From a virus (taxonomy: Duplodnaviria; Caudoviricetes), in the IMG/VR virus record IMGVR_UViG_3300044259_000056, positions 1 through 64,000 of that record: a stretch of 64,000 nt of DNA. One strand, given 5' to 3'. Shown in pieces: positions 49,482 through 59,699 of this stretch. The position numbers and the translations under genes are program-made. Every line of letters begins with the position of its first letter. Position 1 is the stretch's first letter. Below the pieces are notes generated by a model. The model was given only the letters and a program-made list of their open reading frames with translations. It was not told where the DNA came from and did not search any database.

Positions 49482-49684
49482 TCAAAAATTCCTTTGCTTG
49501 TAGCTAATGCCTCAGAGTAAGTCATCTCAGGACTAATAGCAAACAATACTGATTTGAAATTAAACTCAACAAGAATCTTAAAGGTTTGACTAAGCAACCA
49601 AGCCTCCTCTACCACATCAGCAAAACACTCCTCCATTGGTTCACTCATAACAAGCTTATCAGTAGTTCTTAATGTACTCTTCAT
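49478..49684 (-). CDS. Hypothetical protein
   Basis: 68 aa, overlapping stop/start with neighbours. Confidence 0.65.
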   Translation of the reverse strand: MKSTLRTTDKLVMSEPMEECFADVVEEAWLLSQTFKILVEFNFKSVLFAISPEMTYSEALATSKGIFE

Positions 49685-50307
49685 TTCAATTCCTCATAGA
49701 AAGAGTGGTTCTTGTAGCTTAATGTTTTAACAAAACCTTTTTCAGAAGAAACCCACTTAGGTTCTGTCCCTGTTTTGAAGTAAAATACTACACTCTCATT
49801 CATCTTACAAGCATTATTTTTAATAAAAGACACCTGACACAAAGTATTTTTGAATTGTGGTATAAATGGTGAAACTAAGATTTTAGATATAATTTGTGCT
49901 TGTTCCCAAGCCTGTTTATCATAGACTTTTATAGATTTTCTTGCTAAGTAACTGAATTGATTCTTTTGGTAGATGACATTCTTTACAGATGTTGGGTAAC
50001 GTTTGTGTGCTTTTCTGTTAAGAATAACATTCCCCACCAACCACATTCCAAACAATCCTTCACTTCTAGCCTCATGGTATAATGCGCAGGATAACATATT
50101 AATCTTATTATCTTTTACTGTACAGTTATGAATTACGTGTTTTTTAGGTACCTTTGGTTGATCAATTTTTGCTTTTTGGTGTAGATGTGTATTTTTAATG
50201 TTAATTGATTTAGCATTAACATATCCACAACACAAAGCACAAGATAAAATAAATGAAGTTGAAATAAAATTGCCCCATGAAGGGGCATTACTTTTGTTAG
50301 AAATCAA
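49681..50307 (-). CDS. SleB-like cell wall hydrolase (Hydrolase_2)
   Basis: CALYHEARSEG...VGNVILNR...VIYQKNQFS...HSFY. Confidence 0.88.
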   Translation of the reverse strand: MISNKSNAPSWGNFISTSFILSCALCCGYVNAKSINIKNTHLHQKAKIDQPKVPKKHVIHNCTVKDNKINMLSCALYHEARSEGLFGMWLVGNVILNRKAHKRYPTSVKNVIYQKNQFSYLARKSIKVYDKQAWEQAQIISKILVSPFIPQFKNTLCQVSFIKNNACKMNESVVFYFKTGTEPKWVSSEKGFVKTLSYKNHSFYEELK

Positions 50308-50512
50308 TATTTTCTCCTTAGTTTATCATTTTCCTTGTTTTAGACTAATCTGAATATTAATTTCTGTCAACCTTTGTTGCATAGCTTGATATTCATCAAA
50401 CAATTCTTTGATATCATCTAATGCAACATCACGAAGTTTAATCAACTTATCCAGAGAAATTTCTGATAAGTTTTCATAAGAATTAAGATTCATAATTACC
50501 CCATTTTAATCA

Positions 50513-50911
50513 TCAATGCCATTCATCAGAATATCCACCTTTTGGTTCCCAGCCTATTGGCATTTCATAAATTTCAGGCCCACATTCATTGCCACAATAA
50601 CTTTCGTCATTATCACAAAGCTGCTTAGCCAGATTGATATCACGATACCAGCGAACTCCGGCAGAACCATCACCATGATCAACTACACACAAAGCTACTT
50701 TAATTTTAGACTCTTTATAGTCAGATGGTTCGGAATATCCCTCTCGTGGAACCCAATCATCAAACACTTCCACATATTCTGGATTACCTCTATTAATATA
50801 TTCAAAGCGAGGGTCTTCATCACATAATAACCCTGCAAATGCAAGATCTTTGAACCATCTAATAGAATAAAACCCATCCTGTTCATCTTCAATACAAACG
50901 GCCACTTTCAT
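50513..50911 (-). CDS. Hypothetical protein with two internal repeats
   Basis: KVAVCIEDEQDGFYSIRWFKD...GYS and KVALCVVDHGDGSAGVRWYRD...GYS. Confidence 0.7.
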   Translation of the reverse strand: MKVAVCIEDEQDGFYSIRWFKDLAFAGLLCDEDPRFEYINRGNPEYVEVFDDWVPREGYSEPSDYKESKIKVALCVVDHGDGSAGVRWYRDINLAKQLCDNDESYCGNECGPEIYEMPIGWEPKGGYSDEWH

Positions 50912-50912
50912 A

Positions 50913-51398
50913 TTACACCCCTAAAATTTGTTTATTAATTTCATCAATATTCAACAAGCAGTAAATAGCACACTCAATATCCCATTCAGATAAATTCACT
51001 TTTCTGTATTTTGGAGTTAGTGCCACTTTAAACACAATACTTCCATGTGTTGGGCCCCAACCATAAGGTGTATCGTAGCGTTGGTCTGTCCAATGTGCAT
51101 AATCTTTAGTGCCGAAATACTCTTTCTTTAATTTTTCTCCACCATAAGCTAAATCTGAGATAGCATCTTTCACACACTGCTTACGTTCAGGTACACCTTT
51201 AGTCTCACCAAAGTTAATAACATTCATACCGTGAGTTACTTTTTCTAAGTCTAATCCTGCTTTGCTAAAATTAATCTTTCGTTCTAATCGTGTAATTTCC
51301 TGTTGAAGATAAATTAGATTGTTTTTATAAGCCTGATGTAATTCTTGCTCTTTCCCCTTGACCACATTGAGTTCTTTAATTAACTTTGTCAATTGCAT
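50913..51398 (-). CDS. Hypothetical protein
   Basis: 161 aa; YGWGPTHGSIVF motif. Confidence 0.7.
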   Translation of the reverse strand: MQLTKLIKELNVVKGKEQELHQAYKNNLIYLQQEITRLERKINFSKAGLDLEKVTHGMNVINFGETKGVPERKQCVKDAISDLAYGGEKLKKEYFGTKDYAHWTDQRYDTPYGWGPTHGSIVFKVALTPKYRKVNLSEWDIECAIYCLLNIDEINKQILGV

Positions 51399-51577
51399 AT
51401 TACAGTTTCTCCTCTAAGTATTCTTCTGCTTTAAGAATAAGTGTTAAGTAATCTGGTTGTTTGTTATCTTCAAAACCTACATCATCTTTAACAAGAACAT
51501 CATACAACAGTTGTGCTAGTAAGTCACGTTGTATTTCAAAAATATCTTCTTGCTTATTTAACATTTCCTGAAAGAAA

Positions 51578-51844
51578 TCATTTATTTTCATAGTTAATCT
51601 CCCAATTTGGTAGATTGATGTAATCCTCTGAGATACACTCATCACCAAGAGATAAGTAGACGCTTACCTGATTATCATAATACTCACTGTACAATACCTC
51701 AACTTTAAGATTCTCTTTGAGATAATTCACCATATCTTGTTTAGTCAAGAAACTGTTTGAAATCTTTGGTGGTGATACTGGCACTCCAATACACTCTTTC
51801 AGTTCGTTAATTTCTTTACTTGTGTAAGGACAAGGTCGTGACAT
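51578..51844 (-). CDS. Hypothetical protein
   Basis: 88 aa with SD GAGGAG. Confidence 0.6.
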   Translation of the reverse strand: MSRPCPYTSKEINELKECIGVPVSPPKISNSFLTKQDMVNYLKENLKVEVLYSEYYDNQVSVYLSLGDECISEDYINLPNWEINYENK

Positions 51845-51874
51845 TTAATTCTCCTCTTTAAACAAAAATTATAA

Positions 51875-52627
51875 TTACTTCACAACAGCCCATCTTAACT
51901 CTTTTGGTTTTCCTAAGTCAACAACTTTTCCTCCATTTGTACGTGACCAAAGTCTAGCTAGTTGTCTACTTTTAAAAAGTTGTTGGTTAGACTTATCTAC
52001 AAGACAATGCATTTCATCTGTAGAGTATGTTTGTTTTGTCAAAGTAATACTAAATGGCTTAATATTATTGCCTGAATCATCTAGGTGAGTCTTATTTAAC
52101 CATTTATTACGCATATCTCCTTCCATCCACTGTTTATATTCTAATTCACCAACCATGTTAATCTTGGTATACCAACTCCATATTGGGAATTGTCTTTGAG
52201 TTAACGGGCGGTTGATCCAATCTTCTACCAGAGAAAGATCATTGCCGTAATACTGAATTATGGCGGAAAGGGGAGGATGATGAATCCTCGAATATCTTTT
52301 GTTAATTGATTCCGCGAAAGTCTTCTGTTTATTGAGGATTTTATATTGCTCTTTTTGCCATGCCTCACGTTCTGAAACGCTAGAGAATACGCGATGATTT
52401 GGATGAAATGATTCTTCAATCTCCATTTTCGCATAGCGAATTTCACGAGCTATGTGCGCTCGCATTTCTCTTTCAGCATTACGCCTTTCTTCGTTCGCCG
52501 TCTGGACATGCAGTTCATGCAGTCTCCTCCTTTCCCATTCTTCACTAGAACATCTTCTATCAAGGAAATCGAACGATGTGTCACGCCCACAGCCAAAAAT
52601 ATTCATTTTATAACCTCCAACACTCAT
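51875..52627 (-). CDS. Hypothetical protein (GC-richer 5' half)
   Basis: 250 aa ORF with coiled-coil N-terminus; SD GGAGG before MNIFG. Confidence 0.65.
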   Translation of the reverse strand: MSVGGYKMNIFGCGRDTSFDFLDRRCSSEEWERRRLHELHVQTANEERRNAEREMRAHIAREIRYAKMEIEESFHPNHRVFSSVSEREAWQKEQYKILNKQKTFAESINKRYSRIHHPPLSAIIQYYGNDLSLVEDWINRPLTQRQFPIWSWYTKINMVGELEYKQWMEGDMRNKWLNKTHLDDSGNNIKPFSITLTKQTYSTDEMHCLVDKSNQQLFKSRQLARLWSRTNGGKVVDLGKPKELRWAVVK

Positions 52628-52986
52628 ATGAACTGCGCGTTTATTTAACTCCCTAGATCTAACACTTTATTGATACAGACCAACTTCCCTTGTAGTCACT
52701 TAGATGTAATAGTTTGTTAGTTTAAAAGAACATCTTATCTAAATCCTCTTTTAGATTAAAAATTCATATTGGTAGTTTTAAGTAATTTCTTTATTTCAAC
52801 CTTAATTCTGTTTGCCTCATCTAAAACCTTAGTGTGGTCAACAACAATAAAGTTGGATAAATCTTCAATAGACCATTCACTAAGAGAAATCATATCTTAC
52901 AATCTCGTCTTTAGTAAGAGATGTGCTGTGATACCCAGCAACTACATTTGAATCTGATGATTCATAAAATACAGAGATACCTAACA

Positions 52987-53217
52987 TTACCAACTCTCCT
53001 GAACAACAAAGTCATGAACAGTTTTTGCACAATCTTTACAGATACCTTGTTCACATTTTTGTTTGGTTGCCAACTGCACTGAAATATAAGGTACATTATC
53101 CAACCGTGATACATCATAGTGAAAAATCTTCTTACAAACAAGACATATCCACTTACGTGTTGAAGTAGTATCAACGATTTGTTTTATCTTGAAATCCACA
53201 TAGATAATCTTATTCAT
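52987..53217 (-). CDS. Small zinc-finger protein
   Basis: CLVC...CKDC. Confidence 0.6.
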   Translation of the reverse strand: MNKIIYVDFKIKQIVDTTSTRKWICLVCKKIFHYDVSRLDNVPYISVQLATKQKCEQGICKDCAKTVHDFVVQESW

Positions 53218-53395
53218 CTTTCTTCCCCATTAAAGTTCTATCTGTAAGAACAAGACCCTCACAAAGATGTTTAAGTCTTCGTCTCTTACATTCAGGTGTT
53301 GTATAATAAGTCTGGTCTTTATGCCAATAATCAAAAACTTTCATCCAAGTGTCTAAGAAAGACCTTGAATAAATCTGCCGTTCAATGTGATTCAT
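53210..53395 (-). CDS. Hypothetical protein
   Basis: 61 aa in operon context. Confidence 0.6.
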   Translation of the reverse strand: MNHIERQIYSRSFLDTWMKVFDYWHKDQTYYTTPECKRRRLKHLCEGLVLTDRTLMGKKDE

Positions 53396-53410
53396 TAGAA
53401 AGACTCCAGT

Positions 53411-53641
53411 TCAGATATAAATTACATTAACTATAACAGTTTTTGGGTGTACCTTCAAGAAAATCTTCTCAGCTTTGTTATGCTGGCATTTTTCCTTTGC
53501 AGGGTTTGTAATAGGAACACAAACAACAGTTGTTGCACCATATACCCAAAATCCATCCTCTTTTTGAAAATTATACTTAATCTGATATTGCTCAGTCTGT
53601 TCTTTCATGTTTGGTTGTCTCTCAAGTAAATATGTTGACAT
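53411..53641 (-). CDS. Hypothetical protein
   Basis: 76 aa; start uncertain. Confidence 0.55.
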   Translation of the reverse strand: MSTYLLERQPNMKEQTEQYQIKYNFQKEDGFWVYGATTVVCVPITNPAKEKCQHNKAEKIFLKVHPKTVIVNVIYI

Positions 53642-53874
53642 AAGTAATTATTTCCATTTGAATGTAGTTCATCTTTTGTCCAAATAACTACGGTTGTTGG
53701 GTTCCCTATTACGACAAAAGGATAACCCACCTGACCACAAAGGTCAAGTGAGTAGTTTACAATAGAAGAAGTTTCTTCTATAAATTTCAACCTGTTACTT
53801 AAATCACCTGAATCTGTTTTAAACTTTACATATAAAAGGTTTAACTCAGTTTCAAGTGTTGCAGTATTAATCAC
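53605..53874 (-). CDS. Hypothetical protein
   Basis: 89 aa. Confidence 0.55.
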   Translation of the reverse strand: MINTATLETELNLLYVKFKTDSGDLSNRLKFIEETSSIVNYSLDLCGQVGYPFVVIGNPTTVVIWTKDELHSNGNNYLCQHIYLRDNQT

Positions 53875-54451
53875 CTTCTTTCTCCAACTGCAAAGCTAGT
53901 TTCATCAGGTCAGAAGAAAGTGCTTTTAGTCCTGTAATAGATAAACAGATTTGTTGATAATCTGGGCCATCTTCACTATTTCCGGTAAGAGTAATCCAAA
54001 TTTTCTTCTTTCCATCATCATCTGACCAGAGTGCTTCTCTAACAGTTAAAACAGGTTTTTGACAATCAGTATAATCAAATTCACAAATATAATGAATATC
54101 TTCAATATTAATTTTATCAATTTCATATTTTTTGGTTGGTTTACTGTGTTCAATACCAATAAGGCCTAACCATTCTGCCGGTGTGACTTGATATCTACAG
54201 TGTATCTTCTTAATCATATCATCTTCTGCAATATGTTTATCAACATAAGACAATTGATTTGCTTGGGTAATAAAGTAGACTACATCATTCTCTAGAACTT
54301 TTTTCAAATCTTTATGAGAATTCGGATACATGTTAAAAATTTCTGGTAGGACTAAAAGAAAATCATCTTCAAGATATTTAATAAGTTCTTCTTTGTTTAC
54401 ATAAGTGTTGTATTTATTCAAATCTTTTACATCATTTTCTAATATATTCAT
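53867..54451 (-). CDS. Hypothetical protein
   Basis: 194 aa with SD GAGG. Confidence 0.7.
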   Translation of the reverse strand: MNILENDVKDLNKYNTYVNKEELIKYLEDDFLLVLPEIFNMYPNSHKDLKKVLENDVVYFITQANQLSYVDKHIAEDDMIKKIHCRYQVTPAEWLGLIGIEHSKPTKKYEIDKINIEDIHYICEFDYTDCQKPVLTVREALWSDDDGKKKIWITLTGNSEDGPDYQQICLSITGLKALSSDLMKLALQLEKEGD

Positions 54452-54536
54452 AATACCCTCTACAAGTTATTAAGCGCCGTGTATACGGCCTCTTTGGTCA
54501 AAATCATCACTGACATCTAAGGAAACTTAGATTTAT

Positions 54537-54911
54537 TCATATCTCACTCAGAACACTTAAAGCAGTTTTTACTTGTTGTGGTGGAACGCAAGTAATTTCT
54601 TTTAAAAAATTATTGATATCTTTTTTAGAACACCAAATCTTCCCAGATTTTTCCACCCAAATACCTCCTGCGAAAAACGTATCATCACAGTAAACTCTTG
54701 TATCTTCACCATCAATATCCACCAAAAAGCCGTTGATCTCGTAAGTACTATCAAAAAACCTATACCCTTTCTCTTGCAGTTCCTTTAATTTTAAACAGCA
54801 ATCAATAGCATATTTAAAAGCTGAGAAAGAATGTTCAGAATCAAACCACTCCTTGTTAAGTCTATCAAGATATATTTGGCTTAAGAGTAACGAATCTTGG
54901 TTCAGGTGCAT
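54537..54911 (-). CDS. Hypothetical protein
   Basis: 124 aa, abuts upstream gene. Confidence 0.65.
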   Translation of the reverse strand: MHLNQDSLLLSQIYLDRLNKEWFDSEHSFSAFKYAIDCCLKLKELQEKGYRFFDSTYEINGFLVDIDGEDTRVYCDDTFFAGGIWVEKSGKIWCSKKDINNFLKEITCVPPQQVKTALSVLSEI

Positions 54912-55709
54912 TTATAACCTCTTCAATTTATCTGCTAGTTGTTTCAGTGTCATCTTGTTCTTAACAAGGGCCACCATTATATCTTTTCCAACAACCTTGT
55001 CAACAAGGCAAATATTATTTTTTGAAACTGGAAGATTTGTATCAATAATAACGATATCTTTCTCTTCTGTTTGTAAAGTTCTCCCAGATAAAACACAAGT
55101 CTTTCTAGTCCAAATACGTTTGAAATCATTGAATGTTAGTTCGACAGTCAACCCATTGTTCTGCATAGATTTACACCAAGATGCATAACAAGAAGCAATA
55201 TGCACATCACATGGAAGTTCATTTACCATGACACTGGTTGCAGATTCACTTGTTACACTCCCCATCTTAACCCTTTCTTGATTTGTATTGGTGGACAGCT
55301 TATACTTTTCTTTCAGATTTTGCAAGAGTTCAACAGAAAGATTCTTTAAAAGAAGTTCTGCAACTGCGGCATTGTCTGATTTAAGTGTTGAAAAATCTTT
55401 TGTGTGCTTGTCAAACAAGCAATCTTTTAATGAGTTAGCACGGCGGGAAACAATGCAACAGTTTCCTTCAACATACCCTACTTTATCATTGATTCTCTCA
55501 ATAGAGTAGTAATTCTGTGTACATGGGTCACTTAAGTCAAATGGCAAACCTGTATAATCACAAGTCCCATTATTAATAATATATAAATTTCTAAACTGTT
55601 CTAAAGTGAGTTCGAAGGTAACTCCCCTTTCCTTAGACCTTTGTTTCTTTGATGCATACTTAGTTTTAACTTTAACTTCATTTAAGTCTAACAAGTCAAA
55701 TAAACACAT
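54912..55709 (-). CDS. Srd-like (T4 anti-sigma decoy family) protein with duplicated HNH-like domain
   Basis: RGVTFELTL..F...CDYTG...SIERINDKVGYVEGN, repeated degenerately in the C-terminal half; first gene after the promoter. Confidence 0.55.
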   Translation of the reverse strand: MCLFDLLDLNEVKVKTKYASKKQRSKERGVTFELTLEQFRNLYIINNGTCDYTGLPFDLSDPCTQNYYSIERINDKVGYVEGNCCIVSRRANSLKDCLFDKHTKDFSTLKSDNAAVAELLLKNLSVELLQNLKEKYKLSTNTNQERVKMGSVTSESATSVMVNELPCDVHIASCYASWCKSMQNNGLTVELTFNDFKRIWTRKTCVLSGRTLQTEEKDIVIIDTNLPVSKNNICLVDKVVGKDIMVALVKNKMTLKQLADKLKRL

Positions 55710-55735
55710 AAGTCACTCCTCTTTAAGTTGTACCT

Positions 55736-55764
55736 ATCTTAGCTGTTACTAACCACACTGTCAA
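55736..55764 (-). promoter_or_regulatory. Leftward sigma70-like early promoter
   Basis: TTGACA-17-TAAGAT on the minus strand. Confidence 0.7.
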
Positions 55765-55789
55765 CAACAATCTTAAAGTTGTTCAGTAA

Positions 55790-55818
55790 TTGATAAATAG
55801 TCATATTTATGCTAAAAT
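55790..55818 (+). promoter_or_regulatory. Rightward promoter for isolated fibre operon
   Basis: TTGATA-17-TAAAAT. Confidence 0.6.
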
Positions 55819-55862
55819 AATAGATAGGATATAAGTTTTATAACACAGATAAGAGGATTACT

Positions 55863-56129
55863 ATGTCAGACACTTTGCCTGATGTATCATTAGTTATGAC
55901 GCAATACAAGAATGTTTATACAGAAACGGGAATTTCACCCGGTACTGCTGTAGTAGTTCAAAATAAATCAGCACATAGTTGTTGGTTACAAATCTCAACA
56001 AATCAACCTGCTGCGGAATCAGAAGATGGAACTCTACTTTTTACAGGTGAGTTTGTTCTAATTACTGGGTCAATCAGTGGTTTATGGGCAAAAGGTAACG
56101 GTAAAATTTCTGTTCAACTAAATTCTTAA
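55863..56129 (+). CDS. Small beta-rich virion protein
   Basis: VVQNKS...QP...GEFVLI...LW; similar to the N-terminus of 9955-10818. Confidence 0.6.
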   Translation: MSDTLPDVSLVMTQYKNVYTETGISPGTAVVVQNKSAHSCWLQISTNQPAAESEDGTLLFTGEFVLITGSISGLWAKGNGKISVQLNS

Positions 56130-56140
56130 GGGAGAGTCTT

Positions 56141-58627
56141 ATGCCAATTATTCCAATCACACCGGGCTTTACCGGTGGAGGTTCTGGCGGAGGAGCTGTA
56201 AATTCTGTAAATGGTAAAACAGGAACGGTTGTACTTACAGCAACTGATGTAGGGGCATTGACCACCACTACTGGTGATAGTAGATATATCTTACAAGGCT
56301 CTCTACCTAGTAGTGGTGCGGTTTATTCTGTCAACTCAAAAACAGGTACTGTTGTTTTAACTTCCTCAGATGTAGGGGCAGAGCAAGTAGGTGTTGCACA
56401 ATCTTTATTAACCGCACATATCTCAGCAGATGATCACACACAATACTTTAACCAGACACGTGGTGATGCACGATATGTCCAAAACAGTTTTGCTAATGTT
56501 GCTAATGGTTATGCTCAATTAGATGCAACTGGAAAGATACCAGCATCACTCCTAAATACACAAACTATCAGGTATGTAATTGTTGCAGACCAGACGGCAA
56601 GATTAGCACTTTCTACAGTAAGTACATTGACTGTTGCATCACAAGTAGATACTAGCACAATATGGTATTTAAATGCAAACACCAGTGCAGCAACATCTTC
56701 AAATTGGATACTTGGTGGTTCTTCTGTTGTAACAGGTGTTTCTAGTTTTAATAGTAGAACAGGTTCTGTTGTAAGTCAAACTGGTGATTACACAGCAGAT
56801 CAGATTAATGAAACAACCACAAGAAAATTTACTTCCCCAACAGAAAAAACAACTTGGGGAAACAAACAAGATGCACTGGTTTCAGGAACTAACATAAAAT
56901 CCTTATTCGGTGTATCTATACTAGGGTCAGGCAATTTTTCACCAACACCGGCAACAATGGGTGCTGCTGCTGCTGTACATACTCATACAACTAACGATAT
57001 CACGGATTTCTCTTCTGCTACACAGCTAAAAATCGGGCAAAGTTTACAATCTGGAAATGGTATTACCATTAGTTATGATAATTCATCAGGTAAGACCACT
57101 ATTGCTTCTACAGGGTCTAGCGGAGGTGTTAGTGGGTATACCTCAGTAACAAGAATTGGTGCTACTGCCGGTCAAGTTCATAGTTTTAATATAACACCTC
57201 AGTACACCTTTAATTATAATGCCTTTGCATTAAAAGAGGAGGTTGGAGCTACTAACCAGACCGCACTGATTGATGACTTTCTTGCTGGTACCCTTAGTAA
57301 CTACAATGGTACTAATGCGGTTGTTTTTGATGGACAAATGAAGGCATATACAGGTGAAACATATGCTGTGGCCGCTGATTCAGGATTCTATTCTACTACA
57401 GTAAAAGCTGATGGTAAAATTATCAATATCTCTGGTAGTAGTTCATCTTCTCTAGTACCTGCAATGACTTCTAACACTGCACCAGCAGGTTATGTGGCGA
57501 GTGCTTCTAGTAGTTTTTCTTCAAGTTATTTACCCTTTCAGGCATTTGATAAATCAACAACATCTGGTGGATGGATTAGCTCAACTACTCCCACAACTGC
57601 TTCTCCACAATGGATTAGAATAGATTTACCATCTGCACAAACTGTTGGCGGATATGCTATAACAAATAGGATAAATGCTGCTTTTGATATGGTCAACCCA
57701 AATACATGGACTTTTGAGGGGTCTAATGATGGTACAAATTGGACAATACTCCAGACAGTAACTAATGATACAAACAACAATGTCGGAGCAGTAAGACCTT
57801 TTACTTTAAGTTCTCCTGCAACCTTTTCTAAGTATAGATTGAACATTACTGCAAGAAATGGGACTACTGCTGCCTTTGTTACTTTACATGAGTTAGACAT
57901 TTTTCCTTTTGTCCCACTTTTGATAAAAGATAGCTCTGGTAATTTCTACAGTTCTAATGGTGGAAATTTGTCACCTGTTACTACACCAACAGACGTAAAT
58001 GATTTTACATCAAAATCTTTTTCTATATCTGGCAACATTACGTCTGCGTCTTTGCTAGGTAAATTACCTATAAAAGTTTACACTACCAATAGCTCTTTTA
58101 GTATAAAAACTCTTTATACTGCAAATACACAGATTATTATTCCTAAAAATTTAACATCTGGCTCTTCTTGGCAACAAATTAACAGTGCAAGTCTATTAAA
58201 TCCAACCACAACAGGTAGTGCAGTTATACGCTGTGCTGTTTCAAGGGATTTAACTAATTGGTTTATTTGGAATGGCTCAACTTGGACTGCTATCTCATCA
58301 TTAACACCTGATAATGCTGGTGCACAAAGTTTAATTTCAAATGGTATGTCAGCCAGCACTTTTAATAGTATAACTACTGCACAATGGACTAGTTTCTATA
58401 CAACCACAAGTGGTATGCCAGACAATGTAGCAGTAGCTATTGCAATAGATTTAAGCAATGCTGCTTCTGATAGTGCTAGTATTGATTCTCTATCATTTAA
58501 TTATAATAGTGTGTCTTCTTGGAAGTTACAAACACCTGCTGAAGTAGAAATTAGGTGGCAAGTAGATAATGTTAAATTCAGAACAATAGCATCAGGTAAT
58601 TATAAATTAGTCTATCAGGCACCATAA
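56141..58627 (+). CDS. Tail fibre / adhesin with F5/8 type C (discoidin) domain
   Basis: VNSVNGKTGTVVLT repeats; VPAMTSN...QWIRIDL...WTFEGSNDGTNWT. Confidence 0.8.
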   Translation: MPIIPITPGFTGGGSGGGAVNSVNGKTGTVVLTATDVGALTTTTGDSRYILQGSLPSSGAVYSVNSKTGTVVLTSSDVGAEQVGVAQSLLTAHISADDHTQYFNQTRGDARYVQNSFANVANGYAQLDATGKIPASLLNTQTIRYVIVADQTARLALSTVSTLTVASQVDTSTIWYLNANTSAATSSNWILGGSSVVTGVSSFNSRTGSVVSQTGDYTADQINETTTRKFTSPTEKTTWGNKQDALVSGTNIKSLFGVSILGSGNFSPTPATMGAAAAVHTHTTNDITDFSSATQLKIGQSLQSGNGITISYDNSSGKTTIASTGSSGGVSGYTSVTRIGATAGQVHSFNITPQYTFNYNAFALKEEVGATNQTALIDDFLAGTLSNYNGTNAVVFDGQMKAYTGETYAVAADSGFYSTTVKADGKIINISGSSSSSLVPAMTSNTAPAGYVASASSSFSSSYLPFQAFDKSTTSGGWISSTTPTTASPQWIRIDLPSAQTVGGYAITNRINAAFDMVNPNTWTFEGSNDGTNWTILQTVTNDTNNNVGAVRPFTLSSPATFSKYRLNITARNGTTAAFVTLHELDIFPFVPLLIKDSSGNFYSSNGGNLSPVTTPTDVNDFTSKSFSISGNITSASLLGKLPIKVYTTNSSFSIKTLYTANTQIIIPKNLTSGSSWQQINSASLLNPTTTGSAVIRCAVSRDLTNWFIWNGSTWTAISSLTPDNAGAQSLISNGMSASTFNSITTAQWTSFYTTTSGMPDNVAVAIAIDLSNAASDSASIDSLSFNYNSVSSWKLQTPAEVEIRWQVDNVKFRTIASGNYKLVYQAP

Positions 58628-58657
58628 CTGTAAAACTCACACATAAAGGAGTATTAA

Positions 58658-59170
58658 ATGTCTTATCGATATTGGGTAAGGTTAGATCAAAATACCGGAG
58701 AAGTAATAGAATATAGTCTGACAGATGGAGAATATCTGTCTGGCTATATTGAAACAACAAAAAGACCTGATGATTACCCAGATATGTATACATGGAGTGT
58801 ATCACAAAATGCTTGGGTATTTATTTTAGAAAAAGTAAAACTAGCAATTGCTACAAGACGTTATCAGGCTGAAACACAACCAATAACTGTCGGTGGGCAC
58901 TTGTTTCAAACTGGAGATAGGGATAAAACACTCTTGAATGGGGCTGTCTTAAAGTGTTTAAGAAATCCTGCTTATAGCTTTAACTGGAAAACTCTTGATG
59001 GTTCATTTGTCACAATGAATGAGACAAATATTATAGCATTACATGATGCTGTAATTGAATATACAGAAGGTTGTTTTGAACGAGAATACTATCTCTTACA
59101 AGAGCTAGATAATGGGACTTTTACAGCTAGTGTGTTAGATATTGGTTGGCCTAACACATTGATTAGTTAA
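58658..59170 (+). CDS. DUF4376-like fibre-associated protein
   Basis: FQTGDRDKT...FNWKTLDGSFV...EGCFERE. Confidence 0.75.
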   Translation: MSYRYWVRLDQNTGEVIEYSLTDGEYLSGYIETTKRPDDYPDMYTWSVSQNAWVFILEKVKLAIATRRYQAETQPITVGGHLFQTGDRDKTLLNGAVLKCLRNPAYSFNWKTLDGSFVTMNETNIIALHDAVIEYTEGCFEREYYLLQELDNGTFTASVLDIGWPNTLIS

Positions 59171-59177
59171 TAAATAT

Positions 59178-59207
59178 AAAGGGAGCCAGATGGCTCCCTT
59201 TTCTTTT
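59178..59207. terminator. Rho-independent terminator closing fibre operon
   Basis: AAAGGGAGCCA..TGGCTCCCTTTT. Confidence 0.85.
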
Positions 59208-59219
59208 GTCTAAAATTTA

Positions 59220-59247
59220 TTGACACAGTACAAAATATCAGCATAAT
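59220..59247 (+). promoter_or_regulatory. Sigma70-like early promoter
   Basis: TTGACA-16-CATAAT; shares TTGACACAGTA with the promoter at 4130. Confidence 0.6.
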
Positions 59248-59277
59248 GAGTAAGATGTAACCAACTGAGGATTTGTT

Positions 59278-59598
59278 ATGAAAGACATCTATGATTACAC
59301 AGAAGGGGGAAGGTATACAGTCAATGAAGTGTTTGGCTCACTTGCAAAGAGGATAAAGATAGTTGATTATTACCTTGATAAGTTTACACAAGAATACTAT
59401 GTTGATGTAGATTTTATTAAAAGTCAAGGACTTGGTTTACCTGAAGAAGTTGTCTACAGTATTCGGCGTGGACAGGTATACATTGATAACACTAGAACAA
59501 AAGATAAATTTTACTTTATAACCCCTTGGGGATTTTATTACTTTACAAGTAAGGACAGAGATAAGATAGAAATCATCAGGAAGAAATTTAGTGCTTGA
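59278..59598 (+). CDS. Hypothetical early protein
   Basis: 106 aa with SD GAGG. Confidence 0.7.
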   Translation: MKDIYDYTEGGRYTVNEVFGSLAKRIKIVDYYLDKFTQEYYVDVDFIKSQGLGLPEEVVYSIRRGQVYIDNTRTKDKFYFITPWGFYYFTSKDRDKIEIIRKKFSA

Positions 59599-59622
59599 CA
59601 GGTCATTATGTAGTGATAGAAT
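59595..59622 (+). promoter_or_regulatory. Sigma70-like early promoter
   Basis: TTGACA-16-TAGAAT with extended TG. Confidence 0.6.
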
Positions 59623-59699
59623 TATTTCCAACAAGTCTTCAAGAGGAAGTTTATATTGTGATTAAACTTCTTTAAATCGGTTCACAAAAAGGAAAAACT

